Positions 29,960-44,519 of a stretch of 64,000 bases of DNA are shown here, piece by piece (positions within the stretch are counted from its first letter, which is position 1; each line of letters starts with the position of its first letter). A model generated the notes under the pieces. The model saw only the letters and a list, made by a program, of their open reading frames with translations, had not been told where the DNA came from and did not search any database. The stretch lies in assembly GCF_009914755.1 (NCBI RefSeq), contig NC_060928.1. One strand, 5' to 3'. Position numbers and translations under genes: made by a program. The DNA comes from the human T2T-CHM13v2.0 reference genome, Homo sapiens.

Positions 29960-31080
29960 TCACATTCACTTACAAAGTACAATTTATTCTCACATCTCTC
30001 TCAAATTTTTCTGCACTGCTCATACCCAAAGCCTACCCCATCCCAGTAAATGGCACTGAAATTCATTCAATTGATTACACTTAAATCCTAGGAATCATCT
30101 TTTTTTTACTCCACACCTCACATCCAATCAATCAGTACATCCTATCAACCTTACTTCCAAACTATATTCCAAACCCAGCTGCTCCACACCATCTCCTCCC
30201 TATGCAGCCAACCCAAGCCACCATCATATCTGGTCTGGAGTATTTTATAATATTCTCATTGGTAGTCTCCCTGCCTCAAATCTTACTCCCTGATGATCAA
30301 AAATCTACTCTCCAAAAAACAAATCAATTGATTTTTTTCAAGTCTAAATCAGATCCCAACATGTCATACTAAAAACCCTTCATTGTCTTTCCTTTGCAAT
30401 AAAAAAAAAAGTCCGAAACTACTTGTCAGGGCCTCCTGACTCTAGGTGTTCTGTCCCCCTCTCTGTTCTCATATCCCTCCCTGTTCTTTTTTCTGTTCCT
30501 TGTGTAAAATTGGTCATCTTCACACTTCTGTTCTTTTTCTTGGATATATACAAGTTGTCTCATTAAGGTAACAATTCAAATGTCGTCTCCTCAAAGAGGC
30601 ATTCCATATGCACTCTAGCTAAAGTAGTGCTCATCTCAACATTCCTCACTAGCACTTCTTCATAGCAGAACTGGCATAAGATTCAGATCAGAAAACAGAA
30701 AAGATAAGATCAGAAAACAGAAAAGATAGGTCAATTGAGAATACCCAGGGAAAGAAACAGAAAGAAAAACTAATGAAGAAAATGAACAGAGCTGGACACC
30801 TGTAGGAAACAATCAGGATACCTGAATACACATAATCAGAGTCCCAAAAGGAAAGAAGAAAGAGAAAGGTGTAAAAAAATTGTTAAGAAATAATGACCAA
30901 TAACTTCTCAAATTTCGTTTTTAAAAAACATTCATCTACACATCCAAGAAGCCCAATGAATTCCAAGTTGGATAAACTCAGAAAGCAGGTACATTGTTCA
31001 CTGCTGCATTTGCAGATCCTAAAACAGTGCCTGACACATAGAAGACCTTCAATAAATATTTGTCAAATCAACAAACAAAT
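29960..31080 (+). mobile_element. L2a 3' portion, interrupted by an L1 ORF1 fragment
   Basis: CCAGTAAATGGCAC, CACATCCAATCAATCAG, CCAAGCCACCATCAT; ends CAGTGCCTGACACATAG..AATAAATATTTGTCAAAT. Confidence 0.8.
30680..30980 (+). mobile_element. L1M ORF1 fragment
   Basis: AAGAAAATGAACAGAG..ATACACATAATCAGAGTCCCAAAAGGAAAGAAG..CATCCAAGAAGCCCAATGAATTCCAAG. Confidence 0.75.
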
Positions 31081-31089
31081 TAATCTTCA

Positions 31090-31850
31090 TTTCACAAAAT
31101 AGAAACCTGAAGCACAAAAAACAGAGTAATTTGCCCAAAGCCAAACAGCTAGTAAGTGATGGAATCTGGTTCTAAATCCAGGAAGTCCAGCTACATGCAA
31201 CAGAGCCCTCAATCTTAATCCCACACTAGTCTACATCACGTACCAGCCCTAGTGGTACTAAAGTGTTTGAATCTGCATCTTCTGTGTGAAACCCATATTG
31301 CATAATTAAACACCTCCTGCTGTTTTTTCTGCTTTCATATGAAGGACATGACGTTTCTGAAACATCACTCCTCAGATCTTCAAAGACAGTGAAGTATAGT
31401 GAAAAGAAATGGCCTCTAGTGTTACACAGACCTTGATTTAGATCCCTAATTGGGCTGTATATGAGCACTGTCACCTTAGATGAGTAATTTAATGCGCCTG
31501 CCAATTTTCACATCTTGTTAGGCATAGACAGTTATAATATTTGTACAACACACTGGGTCAAAGTAGCACTTGGTCAAAGGTAACTGGCTTGGGAATCCAA
31601 CAGCCCCAAGCCCATCCCACCCATCGCCAGGGCTAAGAACATCTGAGTAGTCCTACAATCTATTTGCAAACACAACTCTCAGCACGCTCTAACTTACCCA
31701 GCTTTATTATCTTTAAAAATGGGGCTTTGGTTCATAAAACAGGATAAATGATGTCTACTTCATAGAGTACTTGTGAAATATAAATGAAACATCATAGACA
31801 AAATGTTTACTAGTCTCTATTACCATGCTAGGTGCTCAGTTAATGGCAGT
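31090..31850. mobile_element. Cluster of MIR SINE fragments
   Basis: MIR core pieces such as GTAATTTGCCCAAAG..ACAGCTAGTAAGTGATGG and TCTTTAAAAATGGGG. Confidence 0.6.
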
Positions 31851-32010
31851 CATGATCATCATGGTATTAATATCAGTGGTAGCATTTGTTCACAATTTCC
31901 ATGGGATCTCTATAACCAAGGAGCAGCCTGGGCCAGATTCACCATGCATGTCCATTTCTCTGCTTCTGATAACAATGAAATATTCTTGCAGATTACTTTT
32001 CGTTTACTAC

Positions 32011-34376
32011 TGATGGCCGTGGCAAGCCATCTGGAGCAGCCATTGTGACAGGAGCAGCAGTGGTAGCAGTGGGTCCCCTGTGCCTTATATACCCTGTGCC
32101 CCATATCCCTGAGGCAGCTGACTGTGCCACCCCCAATCTCACACAGCCAGGCATGACCTGGCCCCAGGCCCAGATTCACTGCTGCTCCAGACCCTGGCCC
32201 CACATCACCACTCTCGCCCATTGCCATTGCAGGTAGGGCATGGAGAGAAGTGAACAGTCCCCTGAGCCCTCCCCTGGAAGCTCCCAGGAGCCCACCACCC
32301 TGGGGGCTGCTGCAGTGGGGTGAGGTCAAGTCACCTACCAGCTAGGGAGCAGCATGGTCAGGCACAAAGTGGTGGGCAGAGAGGGGCCTCGAGACAAAGC
32401 TGGACCCGTGGTGGTACTGCACCTGCACAAGGAACATGGCAGCTGGCCCAGGGCACAGAGCTGGGGCCATGCTTCAGGGGTCAGGCCAGGAAATGGGCGC
32501 CACACCCACTTCAAGGACCTGGCCAGCAGACCAGCCACCATGCCCACCCCAACAACAGTGCCAGGTTCCTGCACCTAGGGAGGATGCTGTATGTGGGGTA
32601 GCCCAGGGCCACATGCCTAGGGTCTGCCCCACATCACAGTGACTGCAGAGCCTGACCCTCCTGATGGCCAAGACTGGGGCCCACAATCCACTCCTGGAGT
32701 CTCTCCCCAGGCAGGGCCAGGAGCCAAGGGAGGGAGAGCCCTGGGCCACCCCTGAGCACCTGGCCATGGGAAGAACTCACAGCAATGTCTCCCCTGCCCC
32801 AGATGATGGCCAGGGTGCAGGGAGAACCTGGAGCCCCTGCCCCAAACTGCAAGGAGGTGTGGGCAGGGCTGCATGCTCCACAAAGCCAGTGGGAGCCAGG
32901 GACAAATGGGAGTCCCACCCCTTCTGAGTTGGCAGGGCAAGAACTCCCTGGGTGCAGCTGTGGCCACCCTGCCAAGGCTGTGGATCCATGCATCTTTGCA
33001 CTCTTGGGAGCCCACAAAGGCAGCCCTGTCTCCTGTGGGCTCAAGGGTGCCTGCTGCTGCTGCCTGGCTTCTCCCTGCTGTTGGCTCCTGCTCCAATCTT
33101 GGAACAAGATCAGGGCCGAGCCCAGGTGCTGTCACAGCCCAACGGCAGCGGGGGAACACACTCAGAGCAATGTTGACATGCCAGCCTCCTGCCACCTCTT
33201 GGCCCCTCCGGATTTGGGGTGCTGACAAGTAAGGGAGGGAGGTTGAGGAGGGGCTGAGGATAGTCAGGTGCTGGCCTGCAGGCACGCCCTGGCACAAACA
33301 GCCTGGGTTCCATGAGCTGTGGGAGGAGGCAGACAGGGTTCTGGGTGGAGGGGACCAGTCTGGTGAAGCCCCACCTTCAAGCTGGGGAGGGCCTGAAGCC
33401 TGGGGGCCCAGCCACCAGTCCCCTGGACTAGAGGGGGAACTTGTGGTGCTTTTCCCTGGGCCCACCTATGGCCACCCATGGAACAATCAGCACAACTTCC
33501 TCCACTCTGAGGCCCATAAAAACCCCAGACTCAGCCAGGCTTGAGGAAAGAGACAATGGGGAGACCAGATGCAGAAAGGAGCTGCCCATCCCAGGGTCTC
33601 CCCTCTGCTGAGAGCTCAGGAGACAGAGGGATGACCAACTGCAGAGAGGAACTACCCTCTCTGCTAAGAGCTGAACACTCATCTGGACACCCTGACTACA
33701 GAGTGAAGCTGCCCACTGCAGGTCTCCTCTGAGCTGTTCTACTGCTCAATAAAGCTCCTCTTTGTCTTGCTTACCCTTCACTTCTCTGTGTACTTCATTC
33801 TTCCTGGTTGCAGGACAAGAACTTGGGGCCCACTGAATGGTGAGACTAAAAGAGCTGTAACACGAACAGGGCTGAAACATGCCCCTTGCTTGCCATGTTG
33901 CAGGCAAAGAGAAGAAGAGGAAAGCTGCAGCCCTTTGGAGAGCCCAGACCTGGGAGTTCCCCCAAGTCAGGGCTGTGACTCCCTTTTTGGGGCCCTGCAT
34001 TTCCTGGTATCTCCAAGCTTCCAGGCACCATCACATACCCTGGTGCCAGCTGGGGAAGCAACTTATGCTGCACCTGGTCCAGCCACAGCCTCACAGAGAG
34101 CTAGCGCCCATGCCAGCACCTGGAGTGGCCCACCCAATGGCAGCAGCTGGTGTGTCTCTGCACAGTGGCCATACCCCACATTCACTCACACACCCCTCGC
34201 CACTCCACACCTGATTCACAGTCTCCCTTGGAGCCATGGAATCCAGGGAGGTAGCGTGAGCTAAGTGCAGCCTGCCAGGCCAAGTGGGTGGAACGAGCCC
34301 AGTGGGCCCTAGCAAAACTTGGGCAAAGGTGCTACCAGCCACAGAGGTTTCCAGCCAGAAAAGTGATCCCATAAGA
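32011..34376 (+). mobile_element. MER52-family (long, MER52D-size) ERV1 solo LTR
   Basis: Starts TGATGG; GC-rich body; CCCATAAAAACCCCAGACTCAGCC, AATAAAGCTCCTC, ACTAAAAGAGCTGTAACAC; 4-bp TSD CTAC at 32007-32010 and 34377-34380. Confidence 0.88.
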
Positions 34377-36090
34377 CTACGTTTGACTGCTTGTTCACTC
34401 AGTGACAAGACATAGTACTGTGCACTGTGGGAGATTCAAGAAAAGCATAATGATAGACTTGGAATAGAATGAGACTACTACACTGTTGACTTGTTTCCCT
34501 CAATACCCTGAATATTTTCAAAAACTTTCACTAAGTGAACACTCAGTCAATTTTTGGATACCGCCATTGATGGGGTGGCCACCATGTAAAGAATCCCATT
34601 CAAGCTTGGGACAAAATTTATTAAAAATTCTTCCTTATTTTGAGTCCAAATCCGACCTCCTTAAGTTTCTACCCACTGGCCTTTTCACAATTTGGTGCCA
34701 TATTGATGAAAAAGATAACACTTTAAAACTCACACATACTTGGGATTGTTTGGAGACCTGCAGGCTGGACAGACCCATCAGGGTGTTATTTATAGGAGGA
34801 ACTAGAGAGCCGCCTGGAAAAGAAGTCATTATTTCTAAAGAAGAGCAAGCTATGTCACAAGCAGCAGACAGAAGCCATCATCTATAAACAGTTGATGATG
34901 TCAACTACCTACTTTTCTATAATAACTTAATTTGTGACTAAAAATCTACCCTTTCACACATCACATATTTGTTTGTAGATGATGAGAGTCAGGCAAATGA
35001 GTAGAGCCCAGCGTCAATCTCTTAAGTAGTCTTTCAATCCTGCCTCTATGGTCGCATTTTTAAGCCCCAGGGATAGGAAGAACCTTACAATGAAAAATAA
35101 GAAATGGAAATTTTTCTGAAATTAGATAATTACTACATACATGTTTATGCTAATGAATTTCAAAATCTCAATGAAATAAAACATTAACAAGAAAATATCG
35201 ATAATCAAAACTGACTCAAGAAAAATATCAAACATGAAAAGTTTGATAAAATTGAAAGAAATTGAAAGTTATCAACTAATTTTCTCAAATAAAAGATTTA
35301 GAACCAGACAGTTTTACTGGGAAGCAATTCAGTTCATTTTATGAAGTTAGCATAACCAAAAATAGCAAAAGTGACCAAAAAGTGTCCAAAATACAAAAGC
35401 TGTAAATCAACCTTACTAATGTAAATTTGAAAGGACAAAATAAAATAAGAATAGAGCAAATTAAGCAGCCGACTGAAGCAAACATTTCCATAATCAAGTA
35501 GGATTGATTTCAGGAGTGCAATAATTGCTTAATACTATAAATAAGTCAAAGGACAAAAACCATATAATTATCTCAAAAGATACTAAAATGAATTTGAAAA
35601 TTAATAATCTATTCATTAGGAAAAAGTAAATAACTTTCAAAAACCAGAACTAGAGAAAATTCTTTTAGTATGCAAGTAAATAAATATTCTAAAATAATGA
35701 CATTACATGTAAATCTTTAGAGTGATTTCCATAAGCAAAAAATAAGTGAAGATATCCAAAATCATTCTTGATCTGATAGAGCTATGCAAATGGAGAGGAC
35801 AAATTGTCATTATATTGGAAGACAATATTGGAATATTCCAATATTATATTGGAAACAATTAAAATTGTTTACTCAAAAGTCGTAAAGATTTAATTGAAAA
35901 TCTCTTCAATTTTAGTATTCAAATGTAAGATACATAAACATCCACACTTTCTTCTATATCATAAAATATGTTAGAAAATACAATAGAATAGATATTCCAT
36001 TAACAATAACATTACACATATATAGAATTCCTAGAAATATACAGAATTCCTAGAAATAACCCAAAAACAAAATGTGAAGGACCTATATAA

Positions 36091-36406
<316 letters not shown>

Positions 36407-36604
36407 ACAAGACACTTTTTTTTTTTTTTACTATAAAATGTAAAGAAGAAGGAGAAAAAGGTATAAAATGTAAAGAAGAAGGAGAAAGGGAGTAAAAGAG
36501 AACAAAACATGTTCAGAGACACATATTTTCTTCATTTTTTCCCAAATTAATTCATAAAATTTTCACAACTTTCATCAAAATACCTGACTAAAATCCAAAT
36601 TATT

Positions 36605-37105
36605 TTTCAGGACCTACAGAATCCAGCATTGTCTGGCCCCCAGCTGCCGACTACATCTCTGCCCTCATCACCTACTCACCCCCTACTGCCTCCAACCACA
36701 GGGCCTTCCCACTCTTCCTCCAGAACACCAGGCTCTCTACCACATTAAGACTTCTGTACCTGTGTTCCCTCCACCTGTAGCTATTCCTTCCCACCCACTC
36801 TGCTACTTTATTCAAAGGCCACCTCTTCAAAGAAACATTATTGGACATCATTAGTATCATACTCCTCATTTTCTTTCTGTACCCTACTTTTTCTCTTTGT
36901 CACACCTATCACTACCTGACATTGCACTGTATATCCATTCCTGTTTTTGTCTCTTGTCTGTCTCTTCAAAGAGAATGTGGACCCCATGAGAGCAATGACC
37001 ACCTGCCTTGTACACAGTGACATCTCATTCACTCCCCAGCACCTGGAATAATGAATGTCTGGCACACAGAAGGACTCCACCAATATTGGTTTAATGATGT
37101 AATGA
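36605..37105 (+). mobile_element. L2a 3' end
   Basis: CCCCAGCACCTGGAATAATG..TGGCACACAGAAGG..CAATATTGGTT. Confidence 0.7.
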
Positions 37106-37394
37106 AAAATCCCAACTAGATAAAATTATTCCAAGTTTATTTTGGAATTAGAAAAGATAATAAAATATTTTTAATGCAGTAATAAAGTTGTCTTGCTTCA
37201 CCAAATATTAACATTTATTTCGAAATCACAGTAATTAAGTCAATTTTATACTGGTCTAGGGGCAGGCAGAATAATAAAACAATATAGACAAGCCCAAAAT
37301 AACCATAGTTCATAGAATAACCTAGTATATAAATAGCCAACATCATAAAACAATGGAGAAAGTCGAGCATTAGTTAACAAAGGATGTAAGATAA

Positions 37395-37763
<369 letters not shown>

Positions 37764-40700
37764 GAAGCTATTTTATAAAGTATATTAAACTTTACAGGTC
37801 CCTAAAATAGTTTTTGGATAAAACAATTAAACAGGAAAATATATATAAATATTTTGCTGCTACTTGAATATGAATGATAGTGCTAGAAAATAACAAAGAA
37901 AAACATGAAAAGATTTGAGTGCATAAAAGTTTTAAGTTTGTACATAGCTAAAATATTATAACCAAAATTGAAAAACTACACAATGAAGAAAAAGATCTTG
38001 GCACACATATAACAAAAGGCCATTATGTTGATCATATAAAGGAAGATTATAAATAAATATAAAAAGCATTGAAATTAACAGAAACACAAAACCCAACAAA
38101 CATACTAAAATGTTCAGTCTTAATGGTAATTACAAAAGTGTAAATTAAAACAATGCATCTATCATTTCAAAATTATAAATGCTAAAACTTTTGTTAACAA
38201 AGATATGGTGGAATAGCTTCTCATAAGTTGCTGTAAAAAAAAAGTCATGTTTAATAAAAGCCAGTAATTCTACTCCTAGAAATTATTCCTAAAGAAATAA
38301 TCAAATGTAGGCTGACATTTATATCCAAGATTTCTCATCATAGCATTTCATATAACAACAAAAATGTATTTTAAAAAAACAAATTATCCAGTAATATGGT
38401 GAAATAATTTATGGTGCATTCACATAATGGATGATTATGTGGGTATTAAAGATCTTTTTCAATGAATATTTAATGATATATGCTAGCATTTATTATATAT
38501 ATAAAGTTTGAGAATATGAAGGGGTCGAGGAGGAGGAGGGAAGAATTCCAAATTATATACATAGTTATTATAGGATATTACAGCTGAACGGGGGCTCAGA
38601 TTCTATAGGTAAAAGAATTGTCACCTTTTTCAACAAAGTAGTTGCATTTAGAGCTTAGGTCTATTTGGTGGAGCTGAGTAGTACCATCTGCTTATATAAA
38701 TGTATACACAGTAAATGGTGCCTCCTGATAAGAAATGAAATGGCCCATAATTTTGAGAATCTAAAGATTTAAAAATCTGTCTGATTCACTAGTGTGGGAG
38801 AGGGTGGATATATCCAAGCCAAAGCAGACATAAACAAAAACGTTATGTCCCACAAGGAAACCCAAATAAGAAAGACTAGGCTGCCGATCACCAGAACTGA
38901 GATCCAGGGCCTTAGGCATTGAAGGGAATGCAGGTTTCAGGATCAGCATACATCTAATGCTGGAACCTGTTTTATCTCAGCTCCTCACACCCAGGCCCTG
39001 TGACACCATGAAGTAAAGTTCTGTGCAGCTCTTAGCATTGTTCCTGGCATGTAGTACTCAATGAATATTTTCCCTGAATGAAAGAAAAAATGAGGGAGTC
39101 AATGAGTAAATACATGAATCAAAAGTTGTCTACATGGACCAGACAATGTTGCTGTGGACACTTCAACTAAGCATCATGCTGAGAAATATCTCCTTCAAAC
39201 CTCAAATTGCAGATCCATAGATATTTTTACCAGGAGCAAGGACAACAGCAAGCAGGGTATTAGGAACTTCCCTAACAGCTGTGACATCATAGTGAAGAAA
39301 GTGCCCAGGGGTAACTGAGTCCAAGGCTGAACTCTCCTGGGAGTTAAGAGATGCAGCCTGTGACCCTCAGGGCTACATTCAAGTTTGAGAAGGCAGCCAG
39401 AGGAGAGCAACAAGAATTAGTTGAGGTATGAGTGTAGGTGTTCAGGATACTTGGAACAAAGAAACCAGGGAAAAGCCTGCACTGTGTGCTTCTTTGTCAG
39501 ATTGGTACCCAAGCCATTTTGATTTGGATGTTTAACAGAAAGAGTTTGTATTTTGCAGACACAGGCTTTTACCAAATAAATTATTTAAATTACACAATAA
39601 CATGCTGTTTGGTAAAAGCAAAACATCTTGTGTAGACACATGCACAAAATCTCAGGCTTGTGCCTAAGATCAAGTGTACACACATGCACATAGGCATACA
39701 CATGTACACGTATACTTACACCACAACAGGCACAGAGAAACATTTTTGTATTATAAAATTTCTCATTGAGGGCTTTGAAATGATTTTGTAAATCAGAAAA
39801 TATTTAAAACATAGTTTGTAAGGTGGAAAAGATAAATAAAAGGTGCACAACAGTAAAATTCCTACTTTTCTAAATTCTGTAAGATTTTATGACCACAAGT
39901 TCATATTGCATGGTGTCATGCTATAGAACACAGCACAAGAGAGGATTAATAATTCTCCTTTTTGGATCACCTTTGCGGTGCAGAGGCCTGAGGAGTGAGG
40001 TCGAAGAGGCTACCTCTGCAGAAGGCGCTGGGGAGGAACCAGATTGATGGGCAGCCCTGGTGGTGGTGACAGCACTGGCAGGAGCCAGCTGTCCAGCAGG
40101 AGCCCCACCTGCCTCACTGCTGGGGCAAAGGGAAGCACTGACCCATCCTGACAGCCACGCAGACTGATGGACCAGCGCATGGAAGAAAACCAAGGCGGAC
40201 TCACAGAATTAGTTTGAAAAAACCTGGGGGACCTGTAGTTCTCACAAATTGAGTGAGGAAAGAACCTGAAAATATGTTTTATTATTGTCATCGAGACCCC
40301 AGTTTCAACCCTAGACTATTGTGGCCTGGGGAGAAAGTTTTCAATTGATTGTCCTCCCTGGAGCTTTTACGGTTGTGAAAGAAATAAAGAAACACTTGAA
40401 AAGTGAATGGTGTTAAGTCGTACAGGACTAAGTGGGGTATAGGGAATTGACACTAAAATTCCCTATGTAAGAGGGAATTCCCTATGTAAGAGTTTAGAAG
40501 AAAATTATCTGAAAACCAAGGGGCCAGAAAATTTTCATTAATGGGAAAGAAATTCACAATACACTAGAACTGAATAAAATGAGAGAACTGGAGATGGGAG
40601 GCAGGGAGCATTCTAGTGGCATATTTATCCTACAGCATCATCTTCATGGAAGGTTCTAGAAAAGTTATCCTAAAAGGAAATGGTCACGGTTACTAGCAAG

Positions 40701-40934
40701 TTCAATCAATCCTTCGTACATAATATATGGTTAAACATCATACAAGAATTATTTATTTTCCATGTAATCTTATAAAAGCATTCAAAGTCGAGATACATTA
40801 AAGAACAAAATATCTGCCTAGTGTACCCATTATTCTGGGAAAGAAAAAATGGAAAAAGAGAAAAGGTATAATTACAAAAAACCGGTGGTGCTGTATTTTT
40901 ACTGCATTTGGAACCACCACAATCTGACAGTGTT

Positions 40935-40952
40935 GATTGCCCCCTGGTGGTG
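40935..40952 (-). promoter_or_regulatory. Candidate CTCF site
   Basis: Minus strand CACCACCAGGGGGCAATC matches the core CCASYAGRKGGCR. Confidence 0.5.
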
Positions 40953-41884
40953 ATATTAGTGAAGATTGGTTTCTTGGGGAATTTTAACTATTTTTTTCAT
41001 GGGAAATGGTTCCAAAAGAAGAAATGTTATCATTGGCTTGAATTCTTCTACACTACCCCTACATTGATCGGCCAGCAAATGTAGCTCTTTTCCATTTCTT
41101 CCCCTCCACTAATACTTGCTTGGTGCTTCCAAAAAGCCCCTCCTTTCACCACAGCTATGGTAAAATGAACTCAGGAGAATTTGTAGATATAGGCAATAAT
41201 ATGGTTAATTCCAGATGGTAAGAAAATGCTATTACATATTTCTAAGGAAAATACTAAACATCATGAAAATCATATGATGTTAGTTGTGGGCTAAAAAAAA
41301 CAAACAAAACATCAAGAAAATCAGTGGTATGGAAAGCAGGCATATGGACCTCACTCGTCACTGTGAGACTTAGGCAAAAAAACTAATTTTCCTTGAGGCT
41401 GCTTCTGAGTTGTAGTGAAGATTAAATAAGTATGCAAAACATCGAGCATAATTTCTGCCATGGAGCAGTAAACATTATTCTTTTCCTTGAATAACTACTG
41501 GTACATTTCTAAATAAGGTTCAGAAACAAAATAGATTTTTCAGAAAATTAAAATGCCATACTGATGGAGAATTGAAAATTTCATTATGGAATAATCTATT
41601 TTCTGCCTATTGCATTCTGCCTCTTAGTTTTTGTGTGTATCCTTCACTAGCAACAACTGAAAAGAGAGAAGAAACTAGAACTATCATAGTTTCTACCTAT
41701 CGAACCCAATAAGAACTCAGTTCTCTGCTCCTTGCTTGTGGGACACCAGCAAACTAAGAGAGTTCATTTGTCCTTGGTGAGATGAACAATATAGAGTTTT
41801 ACCTAAAGTGAAGTTACTAAATTAAAAGATTATCATCGATTCTGAGATTAAATATTTCTTACCTATTTGGTGCTCAAATATTCC

Positions 41885-42177
41885 TTTGTTTGAGACAGAG
41901 TTACACTCTTGTTGCCCAGGCTGGAGTGCAATGGCAGGTGACCTCGGCTCACTGCAACCTCCGCCTCTGAGGTTCAAGAGATTTTCCTGCCTCAGCCTTC
42001 CAAGTAGCTGGGATTGCAGGTGCCCACCACCCTGCCCAGCTAATTTTTTGTGTTTTTAGTAGAGACGGGGTTTCATCATGTTGGCCAGGCTGGTCTTGAA
42101 CTCCTGACCTCAGGTGATCCACCTGCCTCGGCCTCCCAAAGTGCTGGGATTACAGGTGTGAGCTACCGCACCCGGCC
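41885..42177 (-). mobile_element. AluSq
   Basis: Full reverse dimer; TSD AAATATTCCTTT. Confidence 0.92.
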
Positions 42178-43528
42178 AAATATTCCTTTTTATGAAGCAC
42201 TGGTGGTGTGACTGATGGTTTGGATTTGAAGGGTGGCTTGAATGTCTCACCATGTAAAAAACATCACCAACCTTAAACTGACCCACAGATTTTTAGTCTA
42301 TGAAATTACTGAAGAGCTACTGAAACTTACTGAGAGAGGAGAGCTGAGCAGGTTGGAATCCAGAGACAGGTTGACCAGGGCCTCACTGCAGGCTCTGTTA
42401 ATTACAGACCGTGTGATTTATGTGTGCTTTGCTTAGTGACTCTTAATTCAAGATGTAATTAGACTCTTTGTGATTGAAATGTTATTGATCATGAAAACCA
42501 CAGATCTCAAAATTCCTGTACTTGCTGATCTCTCAAGGTCCTTCCAGCACTGCTTTTTAGCCTAATACAAGGACATGCACCTTGGTTCCAACCCCACATG
42601 ATGCCAACTTGGAAAAAAACACTTGAGTGATCAAATTAAACTTGACAAACTAAAAACAGTAGAGATTCTTTATACTCTTGAGCTAAAAGGTAGAGGGACA
42701 GACTTGCTATGTATAGGCATCCAGAGAAAGATATTAGAATTCTAACAGAATGACTTCTGTGTCTGCTTATTACACAAATATTATATGCTGATATGTACAT
42801 GAAACAGTTGTTTCATCACTTCTAAAAACATAAACTGCTAGTCATAAGTTTTAAAAATGCTAAATTTCCCCCTGAGGTTTTACCCTCTTGTGTCAATTTT
42901 CTGAATTATCTGCCCAAGGAGGGAGAAAACAAAGGAAATTGAAAAAAAATGAGAAATGAATAAGTACAGACCCCCAAATTCACTATTTTGGTCTTTAACA
43001 CTGCCTCTCTCATAGAAATTGGGAAGTTAAAATCATATACCAAAAAAAAAAAAAAAAAAAAGAAAAAAAAAATCAGGCTATTCTCTACAGTGTCCTACCG
43101 CTGCCTCTCCATATGTAGGTCACAGGCACCACCTAGAGGCATTAATCATCTCTAACTCTCATTTCAGGGAACTCATATAAGTCAGTTCAAAATCCAGTTG
43201 AGTTCTCTCTCTAGTCACAGACTTGAAAATTAGTTAATCAAATAAAGTACTCCCATCTCTCAGCTTCCAGGGCAACAGAGCAAGACCAAATGAAAAGGAG
43301 ACATGCAAATATACATATTCTGTCAAATAATTAGACTTATCTGTCTCACTATCTCATTTGTTAACACCTTTGTGATTCCACTTGCTGCCTATACAGCAAG
43401 AAAGACGCATAACATTAAGGTATAGTTCTACTTTGGAGAGTCAGTAGATAAACTAGAACTACAAAAATCCCAGGTAAGCCTTAACTAAAAAGATAACATT
43501 CCATTTTGACAATGAAAATATGTCTGCA

Positions 43529-43827
43529 GGCTGAGCGTGGTGGCTCACGTCTATAATCTCAGCACTTTGGGAGGCCAAGGTGGGTGGATCACTTCAGGCC
43601 AGTGGTTCAACACCAGCCTGGCCAACATGGTGAAACCCTGTCTCCACTGAAAATACAAAAAATTAGCTGGTTGTGGTGGCGCACCTGTAATCCCAGCTAC
43701 TTGGGAGGCTAGTCAGGAGAATCACTTGAGCCTGGGAGGTTGAGGTTGCACTGAGCTGAGATTGTGCCACTGCACTCCAGCCTGGGAGACAGAGCAAGAC
43801 TCCATCTCAAAACAAAAAAGAAAGAAA
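43529..43827 (+). mobile_element. AluSz/Sx
   Basis: Full dimer; 15-bp TSD GAAAATATGTCTGCA at 43514-43528 and 43828-43842. Confidence 0.92.
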
Positions 43828-44519
43828 GAAAATATGTCTGCAATAAGTAACATTAAATGCTGCCAGTTCCAACTGCTATCAGTGAAGGACAAGAAGTTTG
43901 TTTCCAGAAGGTTCCACCTTTATGTGCCAGCTTTATCTCTCAGCAATAACAAAATATCTGCATGATGTTTCAAATTAATCTTCTGCACATCTAATCTTCG
44001 TAACATTAGCTGGAGTAAATAAAAAGAGTTCTGAGATTCCAAGGCTTGTGTATACTCAAGGTATTACAAATCACCATGGAAAGTTAAGGGAGAGTTGAAA
44101 ATAATAAGTAGCTATGAGCTTCCTGCACATAACTGAATCCACAGCTCAGGACTATGTTTGACAAATACCTGGACTTCTAATATATGAGCAACTTAATTTA
44201 GAATTCAGCTCAGCTTGGCAGAAATCATGTTGGCTAGAGACACTAGAGTCCTAGGTTCTTGCCCCATCTTTATTACTCTCTGGCTATGGGATCTGGTAAA
44301 AGTAGATCCTTCAATATTTGAAGAAACCTGGTGGTGTCAGTTTTCTCAATGTGACTTTCACCAACTCAGATGCTTTGGTTTAAGTTACTGTAAAATAACC
44401 ATAAGTAAATGTCTGGGATCCATATATCCCATCTACTATTCCCTCACAAATTTGATTAATAAACCTCTGCAGCCACCAGCCTCCCTCCCTCCTTCTCCAT
44501 TTTAGGACTCAGTAATATC

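Noticed and set aside
31910-34408. Cluster of overlapping 60-282 aa ORFs or a CpG-island gene
   Set aside because: Essentially all lie within the GC-rich, CpG-poor MER52 LTR on both strands; no recognisable domain.
36432-36487. Two-copy direct repeats here and at 15766-15812, 30685-30727 and 40457-40492 as CRISPR-like arrays
   Set aside because: Only two copies each, eukaryotic context; ordinary slippage duplications.
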